A stretch of DNA of 64,000 nucleotides from Amphiscolops sp. MND2022. Lineage: Eukaryota. Below are positions 12,601 to 24,600 of the stretch, piece after piece. The notes below the pieces were generated by a model. The model saw only the letters and a program-made list of their open reading frames with translations. It made no database searches and was not told where the DNA came from. Numbering within the stretch: the first letter of the stretch is position 1; each line of letters begins with the position of its first letter. The stretch lies in contig OZ076409.1 of the NCBI GenBank assembly GCA_964187785.1, positions 15,502,001-15,566,000 on the forward strand, written 5' to 3'. Made by a program: the position numbers and the translations under genes.

Positions 12601-15600
12601 GTTCCATTGAGACTCAGAAGTTTTGAGATACTCAATGAAAGCGACATTGTCAACGACACTCATCAATTGCGAGGTCTCTTGGACGCTGTCGAGCAATGTG
12701 TATCCAAGAATTCCTTTACGAATAGTAATACTATTCGGGTTCGGATTGTTCAGCATTAAAGGATATTTCGACTCGTCTTGTGAGCAATACACGTGATACG
12801 TGTAAATGCCAGTATCTAAAATGTCTTGGTGTAAACGGAAATTTGTTCCCTGTTTGAACAAATGTTTATCTTCATCTCTAGCAATTAAACTCAAAACTCG
12901 GGTCGAATACGGTGCAATTGTAATGTCTTGAGTCAATTCTACTGAATTAACCTGGGAGAAGTAGGGAAAAGGCTTGTCTAAATAAGGTGACAGTTTAACA
13001 CATTTGCCGGGGAAGACCGTTAAAATTAGCATTGGATTTCTCAAGTTAATGAATTCACCAAAATTTGCCAAAAAATCCATTCCAAGAATGTTCATTCTCG
13101 CCTCGGGGGAATCAGACACATAAACAGTGTGTTCGATCACACAAGAATATTCTACGTCAAACGCAGACTGAATAATAGTTTTCCCTTTCATGGGCATTGC
13201 GTGTCCATTAGCAGCTAAAGGCGATTTCTCGAGAGGCGTTACAACTAAAGGCTGAATTTTGTTAATTTCAGTGAATGTCTCACGGTTGATAATGGAGCAC
13301 GTTGCGCCAGTATCTATGAGAAATTGAGTGCTAAGGCCATTATTTTTATTTTTGTCTCCGACGGCGTATTGAAATAATTCTATATAAAAATGTTGGCCGG
13401 ACGTTCCAGCAGTTGGAATGTGAGGGGTTTCATTTGATTCCTCACTTTGTTGGTTCGGAGACTTGATTAGTTTAAAGGATTGCATGACTGCAGAGTGTCA
13501 TACAAAGAATTCACCTTGTCAGGCTTTGCTTCGAACCGAACAGCTCCAGAGTAGCTGTTACTTCTGCTTCGGTAGCCATTTGAAACATAAGGACTATTAC
13601 TTCTGCCTCTTTGGCCGTTGGACCGATTGTCCGATTGTGATGTGTTATTATTCGGAGACTTGGGTCGACTTGGATAGTTTTGCGCATATGTTTCTTTTGG
13701 TTGGGGAGGAGGTTTTTCCTCGTTTTCTTTCTTCTTTTTCAATGTCCAACAGTACTTGATTGTGTGTCCGGATTTTTTGCAATAGTTGCAAAATCTAGTA
13801 AAGTCTTGTTTCATTTTTGGGTTGTTCGGATCATAGGTAGCATTGATTTGATGATTTTTCACCATGTTGGTGATTTCATTCAATGTTTTCTCTATGTTAG
13901 TGAAACGGGCGTCCATTGTCCCTGTTGAAGTTTGGGAACTTGAAGGTTGCAAGCCGGACATTTCGGCACTCACAACTAAACTCATATCTTTATTTATGAT
14001 AAGAGCCTGTAAAGCGTCCCATGATTTGTTGGGATCTTCAATCATTGCTTGATGGGCTTTCTGTTTAAGACCCGGGGGCATTAAGCCTCTTATGAAGTAG
14101 TCTTTGTACTTCCCAATTCTCTGATTTTCGCATGCTGTGATAGCCTCTTGATTCGCATTTGACGGTGTTGGCCAGCCTTTGTCTACCAACGTTTTTATTC
14201 TGTGGATGTAACTTTTTATGTTTTCATCAGGCTGTCTTTTCAGATTCTCGGCCTCAATTCGGAACCGATATTGCATTTTTCCATCCGTAAACCTGTTTAT
14301 GAATTGTGTTTTCATTTCTTCCCATGCTAACGCAGCGTCTAATGAATCAAACCACTCAGCCGCAGGTCCGCGTAGAACGGATCCGAAAAGTTCTTTTCTG
14401 CGGTCGTCATACACGGTTTGTTGGCCATTTTCATTTGCCGTAGGCCTACTTCCTAAAGAAAAGCTGATTTTCTTTTCTAATAGACGTATAAAAGCAGTTG
14501 GGTCCTCACTTGAATCGATTCCAATGAATTTCTCTAATGCTAAGTCAGGGTACGCTACAGTGTTTGCCATTTGTCTATTTAATCACGTTTACTTTGCTCC
14601 TTTATCACACTTTACAATTTTATTATTATTTTTGGCAATAACAGACTGGATTTTTGTGTAGAAGTTTCTTTGCTCCAATACACATGTAAAAATTGTTTAC
14701 AAAGGAATCTCTTCGATCCTTTCGCAAATAAATAATTTTTGGAGTTTTGTTGCTCCTTTGAAATGGACAGTTTCTGCGTATTTAAGCCTTAACACGGAAT
14801 GTTAAATTCCAAGGCAGCAGGCGAGGTGAAATATGGGCTTTCCATTTTCTTGCGAAACCTCGCTGGGATCGTGCAATTTAAGGAACACTCGTGTGTCAGA
14901 AATAAATTTCTTCCACGGAACCCGCACACGCTAATACCGAAGCTAGCGTAAGTGGATACTGTTTAGACTCAGTACCAAGAGTTGTGCAATTTAAGGAACA
15001 CTCGTGTGTCAGAAATAAATTTCTTCCACGGAACCAGCACACGCTAATACCGAAGCTAGCGTAAGTGGATACTGTTTAGACTCAGTACCAAGAGTATGAA
15101 ATTTTGTTTAGTATCTGCTTTAGATACTAAATGTTGTCAAAAAGTGAATTTTTGTTTAATATCTGCTTTAGATATTAAATGTTGCACAAACAGTTATTAT
15201 TTTTCAAGAAATATTTGCTTTAAATATTTCAATTTTGCAAGATAAAACCCACCACGGGGAAAAGATTTTTGTTTTGTACGCTCGGTTTTATGGTCGTACA
15301 AATTGCGGTGTGAAATTGTTCTTTGCTCTGGTCGCACCAGATGTTGTAAACCGGTGTTTTGGTTACTTAGTACTCGCTTTCTAACCTAAGCAATAAGTCT
15401 CAAAAAGTGTTACGAAAAGGAAGATAAATTAAAACTGGAGGTTTACAGTAAGTAGAATTTTGTTAAGTCCTGCAAATCGCTGACTTGTAAAATTTATAAT
15501 GTTCTGTCAATTTTGGGACTCTTTGTCCTTTCAATTTTGGGGGATTTTCAGAGAGCAAGAGAGAAGGAAAATTGAGAGAAGAGAAAAGAGTTGTTGCTTT

Positions 15601-18600
15601 CTCAGTGTTCCGCGTTGGAATTGGTACCTGTATTTTTCTTTCCAGCTCAGGACAGTTCTACTGTCGCGTGGCTTTTTCCTATTGGCTGAGCATTAAAGGA
15701 ATTTGGGAATTCCAATTTCCTTTTAGCGCGTTGCTATTCGCTTAGAAAATAAAATGCTCTAATAATTCCGCTTTGGAAATTATTATGTCTCTGAGTCAAT
15801 TTCCTCTGTTGGGAAAATGAACTAAATTAGAAATAGCGCATTGCTATAGTTTTCAGTAGAACCGTGGCGTGAACTTTCGAAAAATCAATTTTTAGGCGAC
15901 GGTTTTGAAGTTGGGGTAAGGGCTTACCGTAACAGTGGATTGCTTTTGAACTGCGAAAGCATGTGATCCGCCGTAAAACTTCAAAATCTAGAGGACAAAA
16001 ATTGTCCTTTGTATTTTTCGCGAGCATTCAGTTGGATGTGAATGATTCCAAACTTCACCGCTACTTTGGTTTTAGTATTTCTGCGTAAGTTGAAATGTAG
16101 AAGCCGTAAATGTGATTTTTTCCAGATTTCTATTGTCCCTCTTTACTATACAATTCTCGTAGCAGCGCGGCAGCGCTTTCCTTGAGATGAAGCGAACGAG
16201 TGTTAATTATTTAAATACGAATGCGAAACATCATATGCGCTGAGCAGTTGTATTTTTTGTTCAAGTTACAAATCTTATCGTCCGAGAAGAATCAAAGGCG
16301 GTGTTAACTGGTACAGTGATTAATTGCGCGCTATATCCTAGAGAAAACAGGAGTGTATAGTTCTTTCAGCTATGTTTTCATTATTGAATATTGAAATTAT
16401 TGATTATTGTAGCCTAAAGCCTAAAGAAATAATACTGCCCATTTTTACTGGGGCTTATTTTTCCAGCCGGGAGCCTACAGCAAACGTTCTCGGGTTTTTC
16501 TCATGAAAGCGATTGTTTTTACAAAATATACTTCATTGTTTTCAGCTTCTGGAAAATAATGTCGGGGTAAATGTTTGTTGGCTTGTAGTTTTGTGTGGTT
16601 TGTGTTCTGTAATTGTTTTTTTTGTAATGGGAGCGCTCCACTAGCTTTCAAATTACTGAAGCATTTGGAAAACTTTTCTTTGTGTTCCGTACCAAAACTG
16701 ATTTTGTATTGCTTCCAAAACGAAATAAAAGTCTCTTATCAAAATGTCGCTACGTTTCATCATACACCATTTGCAAAAAATCTTTGATAACCTAGTTATT
16801 AATGGTTTTGTCGCGAATAACCGTAATTTACTTCTACCAATAAATTAATTTACCTCACTTCAAAGTCTATTTTTGTGTCTAGATCTTCTTTCTGTGTGTT
16901 GAAAGAATATATAATCAAAATGATATCCTTTTGCACATGACGAAGTCAATGTGCATTGCAGTCCAGCTAAAGAAGTTTTTTCCACAATAGTCAACTTGAT
17001 AATGAGCGCCTTTTAGATAAAAGCCAAAACCCCAGAGAGATTCGAACCTGCAGCCTCCCGATTGCACGGCATAAGTGTTGACCACTGTGCCATAGGGACG
17101 TTATTGAACAAAGTTGAACTGTTGAATATATACGCATGCGATTAAAATAATATATTAAAATAATCGATGTCTTCGTCATGTGTTGCGAAGCACCGCTTCG
17201 CCTCTGTGTTTCACATACTCCTCTGAGAATATCTCAGTGTTAAAAGCAAAAATCTCTTCATCTATAGTTTGAAGAATTATTAATTAAGTGAGTGTTTTCG
17301 AATGTTGTTCTTTCGGAATACCAAAACTAAAAAGGTGATGATCGTAAGTTATAATTCATCAGTAGAGGTAATAGTTATTTCTAACCCCTAGTAATAACCT
17401 GGAGAGTTTCCGAGCAACAATCAGCGACAGGTGTTGCAGCGGCGTAGGTTTTTGTTTAAAAAGCCCGTTCTAGTTTTCTGTATTGAAATGCTACATTTCT
17501 TCTAAACCTTGTCTTTCGTGATTTTATTTTTGATTGCGAGAATGATGAGCTAGCAAGCTGCTTTAAGAAAGAGGCCTTCTTCAAGTGGACATTGGCTCTT
17601 GGTAGGTCTTATTTGGTCAGAAGTTTCTGTTTTTGTACTATTTGTGTTTGTAATAGGTATGGCCAAATGAATTATTAATTAGTAATGATTTCAGCGATGC
17701 ACCCAGTGTGTATGCCAGTGAGATCAGTGCCCAGACTGTGCAGAGTGAGTTGAATGAGATCGAGAGGGAGCTGACCCTGAGACGGATGCTGTGGGAGTCA
17801 CAGGAGGAGTGGATGGAGTTGCTCTACGAGTGGACCCACACCCCCTTCGTTGAAATCGTCGTGGAGGCTGTCCAGAAAAACGTCAACAAGTTCAACCAAA
17901 CCATTTTCATGCTCGAAAAAGGTCGGTCGGTCAATCATCAAATACTTTCCAGACCGCAGAGACCAAATAGCCTGTTTTGAAAAAAAAACTTAGACTAGAA
18001 TTTTTTGGCAAGAGGTGCGGTATTGTATTGAGCAATCATGTAACAGGAATCAATTGAATATACAAAGATGTATTTGCTGAAACGTTTCCCTTATAAGTTT
18101 CGTTAACATTATGAAAAGCTTGTTCGTTTTTGATGGAAGCGGGATTTTTTGAATAGTATTTTGAACAATTATGCTTTTCAGTAGGCGCCTTTTTTGAGAA
18201 AAAGTGTCCGACTCTCATACTGCGGCAAGTTTTTTGTCAGATGACAATCATCACACTGAAAGGTCCACTTTTTTGCTATTTCAGCCTAACGTCTGAAAAA
18301 TTCTTAAAGGCCAAAAAGTCATTCCTTTGATGTTTGCGCATTTTCACACCATGTTCGAAACCATATGAGTCCAAAAGACCCCTTTTGCTTTTTGGCACTG
18401 GGAGATTTTTCAGAATTTTCATAAAAACAGCCTTCAAAATATTTGAAAGACTTTGCGCTTTTCGAGCCTTAAACGGGGCACGGACTCAAGACGTTCCCGT
18501 CTTGTTGATGTTCAATCTTGAAGTCACTGCCCATGTTTTTGCAGGTTTGCCCTTGAATGAGATCCTTCCCCAACTGAAGGAGAGAGTGTCTGGTTTCAAG

Positions 18601-21600
18601 GTTCTCATGCCTCTCATAGTAGCGCTTAGGAATCCCAATTTGAGAGATCGTCATTGGATGGTTATCTACGACTTGGTTGGAAACACAAACATCACCGAAG
18701 TTACATTCACTTTGGGCAATCTGATCGAAACCAAGGTATTGCTACATGTAATCTAAAGAACTATAGTTCCATTTCATGAAAACCTGTTTTTGTTTCGAAC
18801 CGGGCGTTCAAACTTTGGTTTTACATTTTTGCAAGTCAGTTTTCAAATTCAATTCATAGACATGTTTTCAGAAGTTTGAGCGCAAAGCGTGAAAACTGTT
18901 TCGTATACGTCAAATTGTCTGTAGTTAAGAACAAAGCACATATGTCAATGTGAAAATTTCTTTAAAAAATTGAAGCTTTTTTGAATATCTATTTCTCCCA
19001 AATGTTTTTTTCCTATTAGTGTTTGGTTTTAGGCCATGCTTCACAAAGACACGATCGCCGACATCTCCCTACGAGCGACGAATGAGTCGACCTTAGAACA
19101 GATGTTGCAAAAAGTGATTGACTTGTGGGCAGTAACCGAGTTCAGACTCGTGTCCCACCAGCAGCAGGGCATCATGATACTCGCAGGGGCAGACGACATA
19201 CTCACACAACTGGAGGAGTGCCAAGTCACTATCGGTTTGTTGCTTTTTAAATCTTCCGAGAAAGTTTTTTTTTCAAAGCGATTTGTTTAAATATTGCAAT
19301 ATTAGTTCAAAATTTTACTTGAATTCATTATTTGTTCATACCCCGGAACAATCGAGTTGCCTTGCTTTTTGCACATGACGAAGTCAATGTGCATTGCAGT
19401 CCAGCTAAGTAAGTTTTTTCCACAATAGTCAACTTCATAATGAGCGCCTTTTAGAAAAAAGCCAAAACCCCAGAGAGTTTCGAACCTGCAGCCTCCCGAT
19501 TGCACGGCAGAAGTGTTGACCACTGTGCCATAGGGACGTTATTGACCAAAGTTGAACTGTTGAATATATACGCATGCGATTGAATATATACGATTTATAT
19601 ATAAACAACGTACAGTAGTGATATTATTAAAAGCAACAAAGCACGCGGAAAGAGAGCAAATAAACAAATCTCATTGGCTAAATAACGTCTCACGCGCTCA
19701 TTTCATTGGTGGAGAGCGATTTCCAAAACATCAATTTTTAGTTTTTTGAATTTTTGACCCACTTACAATTTTTTGATTTCAAAATAATTTTGACAAAAAA
19801 ATTCTCCCAAACATTTCGAATCTGACAATATAATTTTTTCTCGAAAATTTTGTAAATTGTATTAGTACGAGCTTGTTTTAAGTGGCTATATTTCAAAATC
19901 GTATCTTAATACATGTATTTTCAAAAAAAAACTCAATTTTACAGCGTATTTTCTTTGCGATTGGAGAATGATTTCTTAATCAAAACATATCAGGGGCTTC
20001 AGTTAAATCAGGGGTGCCAATTGAACATAAAATTTTTCAAAAATTTTGAGCAAAAGTATGTCAAAAACGAGAAAAATCTCAATTTTGGCCAAAATTCGGC
20101 TAAAAATGGCCTATCGTAACTTCTAAAATTTTCATCGCATAATTTCCAAACAAACATATTTGTAAACTAGATAAAATTCGAAGAAACTTTCACTTTTATC
20201 ATTTTTCAAAATTCGCTGCTGTTTCAGAGATATTCGGTTTTGAGATTTGCCTTTTGTTACTTTTAATAATATCACTACTGTAGAGCTATCTTTAAAATAA
20301 TCGATGTCTTCGTCATGTGTTGCGAAGCACCGCTTCGCCTCTGTGTTGACTTTGATAAGTCCCGCAGGTTGGCTGCACTCTAAATAACAACTTCGTTTAG
20401 TCGTAAATGTGAGCCCATGCTGATGGAAGACGCATCATTTTGGAACCAAGTTTGCCTAGAGTGGCGACTGTCAAGTTAAGAAGAAAAATTGTACTTTTTT
20501 GTACGCATTAATGAGTCAACCAATAATTTTGAAATTAAAAGAAAACAGAACACTCTTTTAAATATTACTTTTAAATATTACTACGGAGTGTGAAAGGCTT
20601 TATGACAGGAAAACCAACAACGATCAAGTTTGGGGAATATCTATTGAAGAAATTCAAACTGAAATTTAAACTGGCGGAGAAATGAAATGAAGATTCAGAG
20701 GTCACAACATGTTTGATTGTAAAAAAAAGTTATTTTGAAAAGCCTCCTTGAGAAATTGCTTGCGATGCTTTACCGAGGCCGATAGCTGCTGATGGGTAAA
20801 CTGTATACATTTGTAACGATGTTCCGACTCGCGAAATTGAAGGGCTCATAGCCAATTTACGCGTTCAATTTTTGTTTTAAAAAGTACATTTCTTCTGTTT
20901 TCAAACTTAAATTTGAATTGCTCCATTTAAACTTAACCCATTAGAATAAATTGAAATTTGAAAGTTTTACATTGATTTAAATTCCCATACCGCTTGCTAA
21001 TGCAGCTTTTAAAAGGATTATAAATTATTAAGTCCTTTCAATAGTAATTTCCTTTTCAAAAACGCTTCAGATGGAATTGTTTTCAGGAACAATCAGAGGC
21101 TCACGGTTTGTGGATCCCATCAAAAGTTCAGTTGAGGAATGGGAGCGGAAGTTGATCCAATTCGCCAAAGCTCTGGATGAATGGATGACATGCCAGAGAA
21201 ACTGGGTTTATCTGGAACAGATTTTCAACACTCCAGACATCCAGAGACAACTGCCCAACGAATGGAAACTGTTTTCCATGGTCGACAAACACTTCAAAGA
21301 CATCATGAGGAGAACCGAAGATAGACCCAATGCATTACAGGCCGCAACCGTTCCCGGTACCATTGAGATTCTTCAAACGAGTAACGGGAACTTGGAAAAA
21401 ATAATGCAATGCTTGGAAGTGCGTTTTTGATTACCAAAATTTTTGAAACCCACTGATAATATATGGTGCGAGTTTTTCAGTTTTTTGTGGTTTTAGGACT
21501 ACCTGGAGACCAAGCGATTGATATTTCCACGGTTCTACTTCCTGAGCAATGACGAGTTGTTGGACATTTTGGCCCAATCAAAAGACCCAACGGCTGTGCA

Positions 21601-24600
21601 GGTAGAATGTGAAAAGTCCATGAAATGTTTACACTGATAAAAGCAAAACCATCCCGCATCTTTGTTTTTTTTTCAGCCCCATTTGGTAAAATGCTTCAGC
21701 AACGTCAAGGCATTGGACATGACATCGAGCATTAACAAACAGACTTTTACTGTGTCTCAAATGATATCAGCCGAAGGTAAGGTGAAATGTTCAAAAAAGG
21801 ATTCAACTCTATGTAACTGCTATAGAGAAGTATCAAGTTATGATTCATAGGTGAAATTCTGAACCTATCCAAGTCTATCCGCATCCGAGGAGCAGTGGAG
21901 TCGTGGTTAGGAAGTGTGGAAGCAGGCATGTTCGAAGCAGTAAGGAAACACATGCGAACAGGAGTGAAGAACTATTCTGATGACAACTTGAAGAAATGGG
22001 TCATCCAAAACCCTGGACAAGTTGTCCTGTCTGTCGTGAGTATTTTCAACACCCAATTTCAAACAAGGCGTTATAGCACCGTTCGGTGGGAGTAGAAAAC
22101 AACCAAGTTATCAAAATAGCCATCCTGGGTGGGTCGGCTCTTTTCCCTTTTCCCCCACACTTTTTAAAGAATAGGGAAAATAGTGTGAACAAAGTTTGTA
22201 TCTCAATTTTAAACTGTCACTCTGGAAATACATTTAAAATTGAAGGATTCTAGTTTGTATTCAAGTCTTTTTGTTATTATAATTAATTGCAAAACCATCA
22301 TCTTGAAAAGTGCGGGGGGAAGGGGAAGGAAAAAGTTCCCCTGGGTCACCCATCTCTTTCGTTTCACAATGAAAAACGTGTTTACAACCAATGAACAAGC
22401 AAAGTTTCAGCATTCTCTGAAACAAGAATTATGTTTAGTAGCTAATTGTTCGTTTTGTCGTCCAAATCTGTAGCTATTCATATCCACGACAACGTTTTAG
22501 AAACTGTACAAATATTGCAGAAAATTGTCAAAAATTGGAAACTTTTGGTATTTTTGGCCATTGTGGGGCACTTCTCGTTAACCTCGACAGTGATTTCGTC
22601 CTCAAATGAAGACAGCGATTTTTTTGCAATCAATAAAAAATACGAAACACAAAAAACATATAGGGAAACGAAAATTTGTCTTTCTTATCAACAATCTATT
22701 AATCTATTGGACTATCTGGGGCGAGTTGTTATTTATGTCAATATAGTTTTTTCCGAACCACCAGCAAAAAAATAACTGGAAAAAAGTGAAAAAAAACTTT
22801 TCAGAAAATGAGCTTTTTCTTTCTCAATAACAGCAACTGTTTGCTAAGTTACTGTCACACTCTAGTAACACAGTTTGTCACCATTGAAAAGGCATATAGA
22901 AGTATTTTCAATGAAGCTTCAGCCATGAGCACGACCGGCATTTGTAAAGCCCTGCGAAGCTCTCGCCGTTTCCACCCCCAAAAAGTGGCACCAACACCGA
23001 GCCTAATTAGTGTGCATTGGAAAGCTTAGGTAAAGGGCTTTCAGGAACAAAAAACAGATTTGAGCTGCGGCTATTATTCGTGGAGAAGTTAAGCTCCGAG
23101 CTCAGTGTCTGAAAAAAATTGCCACGGTTTTTTGGCGCACTGTCGAGGTTATGGCACTTTTTCCGAAAGAACGTTCAAAGTTTCATTTCGACGTTCCCTC
23201 GACATCTACTGACATAATCAAGGATCTGAAAAACAGGTATGTGAATTTTCCGGGCAACCAGATCCGCCTGTAGTCTCTGAATTCGGAATCTTTCGTAACT
23301 TTAGCATGTCGGTATCTTTCTTGTTTCAGTCTCAACTTCTATTCTGCAACGCGGTGGAGGAAGCCTTGAAGTGTGGTCCGGCCACTGAGTCTGCCCTAGA
23401 GACTTACCACTCAACTCTGATTGGTCAGCTGACTCGACTCACAGAACTGGTCTCTCAGTCTCTCTCCACTTACAACAGATTCGCTTTGGAGGCACTTCTC
23501 ACCATCTCCGTACACTCTCGGGACATACTCAGCGAGTTAATTGACAGTGGAATATCCAGTGCCGAGGAGTTCGGTTGGACAAGGTTCGACTTATAAAATT
23601 TTTACTTTTACTTTAATTTACTTAAAAAATGTAAATTATTTTAGGAAATTCAATTCTTCAATTTTACTCATGTTTAACATTCATCGTTTTTTCGGACTCT
23701 ATGGTACTTATCATAGCGTTTTTAGTCGGCGCCTCATAAAGTGAAACGTCAATAATACTGACTTTTTTTCAATCCACACGAACTGACCACTGATTACAAG
23801 TTCTACAAAATTTTAAGAGGCCAAATTGTACCAATTGGCCCAGAGATCTAAACTATAATAAATTAGTTATTCCTTTTTTGGGTTACATACAAAACTGGAC
23901 GAGACTAAAAGGTCCCCCTTTCGATTTTCTTCGGCACTGTTTTTTTCCGAAAATTTTTTAAATGTCTAAATGAGTCCCCCTTCATTTTTTTCATAATTTG
24001 CAACAATGGATTTTAAAAAGTCCAAAAAGAGTCCCCTTTTAACGCGCCAGATCTGTCCCCTTCTTGTTTTTCGGGTACTGTGGAAGAGAATACTTGACAC
24101 TTTGAAGTCCTTTTGCATTTTTGAGCCTTATGCGGGGCGTCGACTTATGCCTTTCCCCGCTTGTTGTCTATGAAATTGAAATCATTTTTTCCAAACTCGC
24201 ATAATTTGTTTTTTGGGCAAAATTTTTTTACAATATCCACCTTTTAATATTTTTTGTGTATATCTATTTTGACGTTATTCCGATTGGATATCTTGCATGT
24301 ACGCTTTTGCGTACTTCTTCGTCGATATTTTGAATAGTTGATTGGCAGTCATATTTTTTTGCCATGTAAGAGAATTTCTTATTTGATAATAACGTTTCCA
24401 TGTTGTATTTGCAGACAGCTAAAGTTTTCCTGGGACGACTCTCGCAACATAATGCTCATCAAACACGGGGTCGCCTGCTTCGAGTACGGGGACGAGTACT
24501 TGGGCTGTTCCCCCAGATTAGTCATAACCCCCCTCACTGACAGATGCTACATGACCCTGACCAGTGCTCTCCACATGCACTTGGGCGGAAGTCCAGCTGG

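Larger units (their letters stand above)
3658..15848 (-). mobile_element. Full-length Ty3/Gypsy LTR retrotransposon with env-like gene and extra ORF
   Basis: Two 507-bp direct LTRs (offset 11684, one mismatch seen), TSD GTTT at 3654-3657 and 15849-15852, PBS, gag-PR-RT-RH-IN order. Confidence 0.96.

Noticed and set aside
17027..17099. Functional tRNA gene on the minus strand
   Set aside because: A/B boxes present but acceptor and anticodon stems pair poorly, and it recurs within a dispersed repeat.
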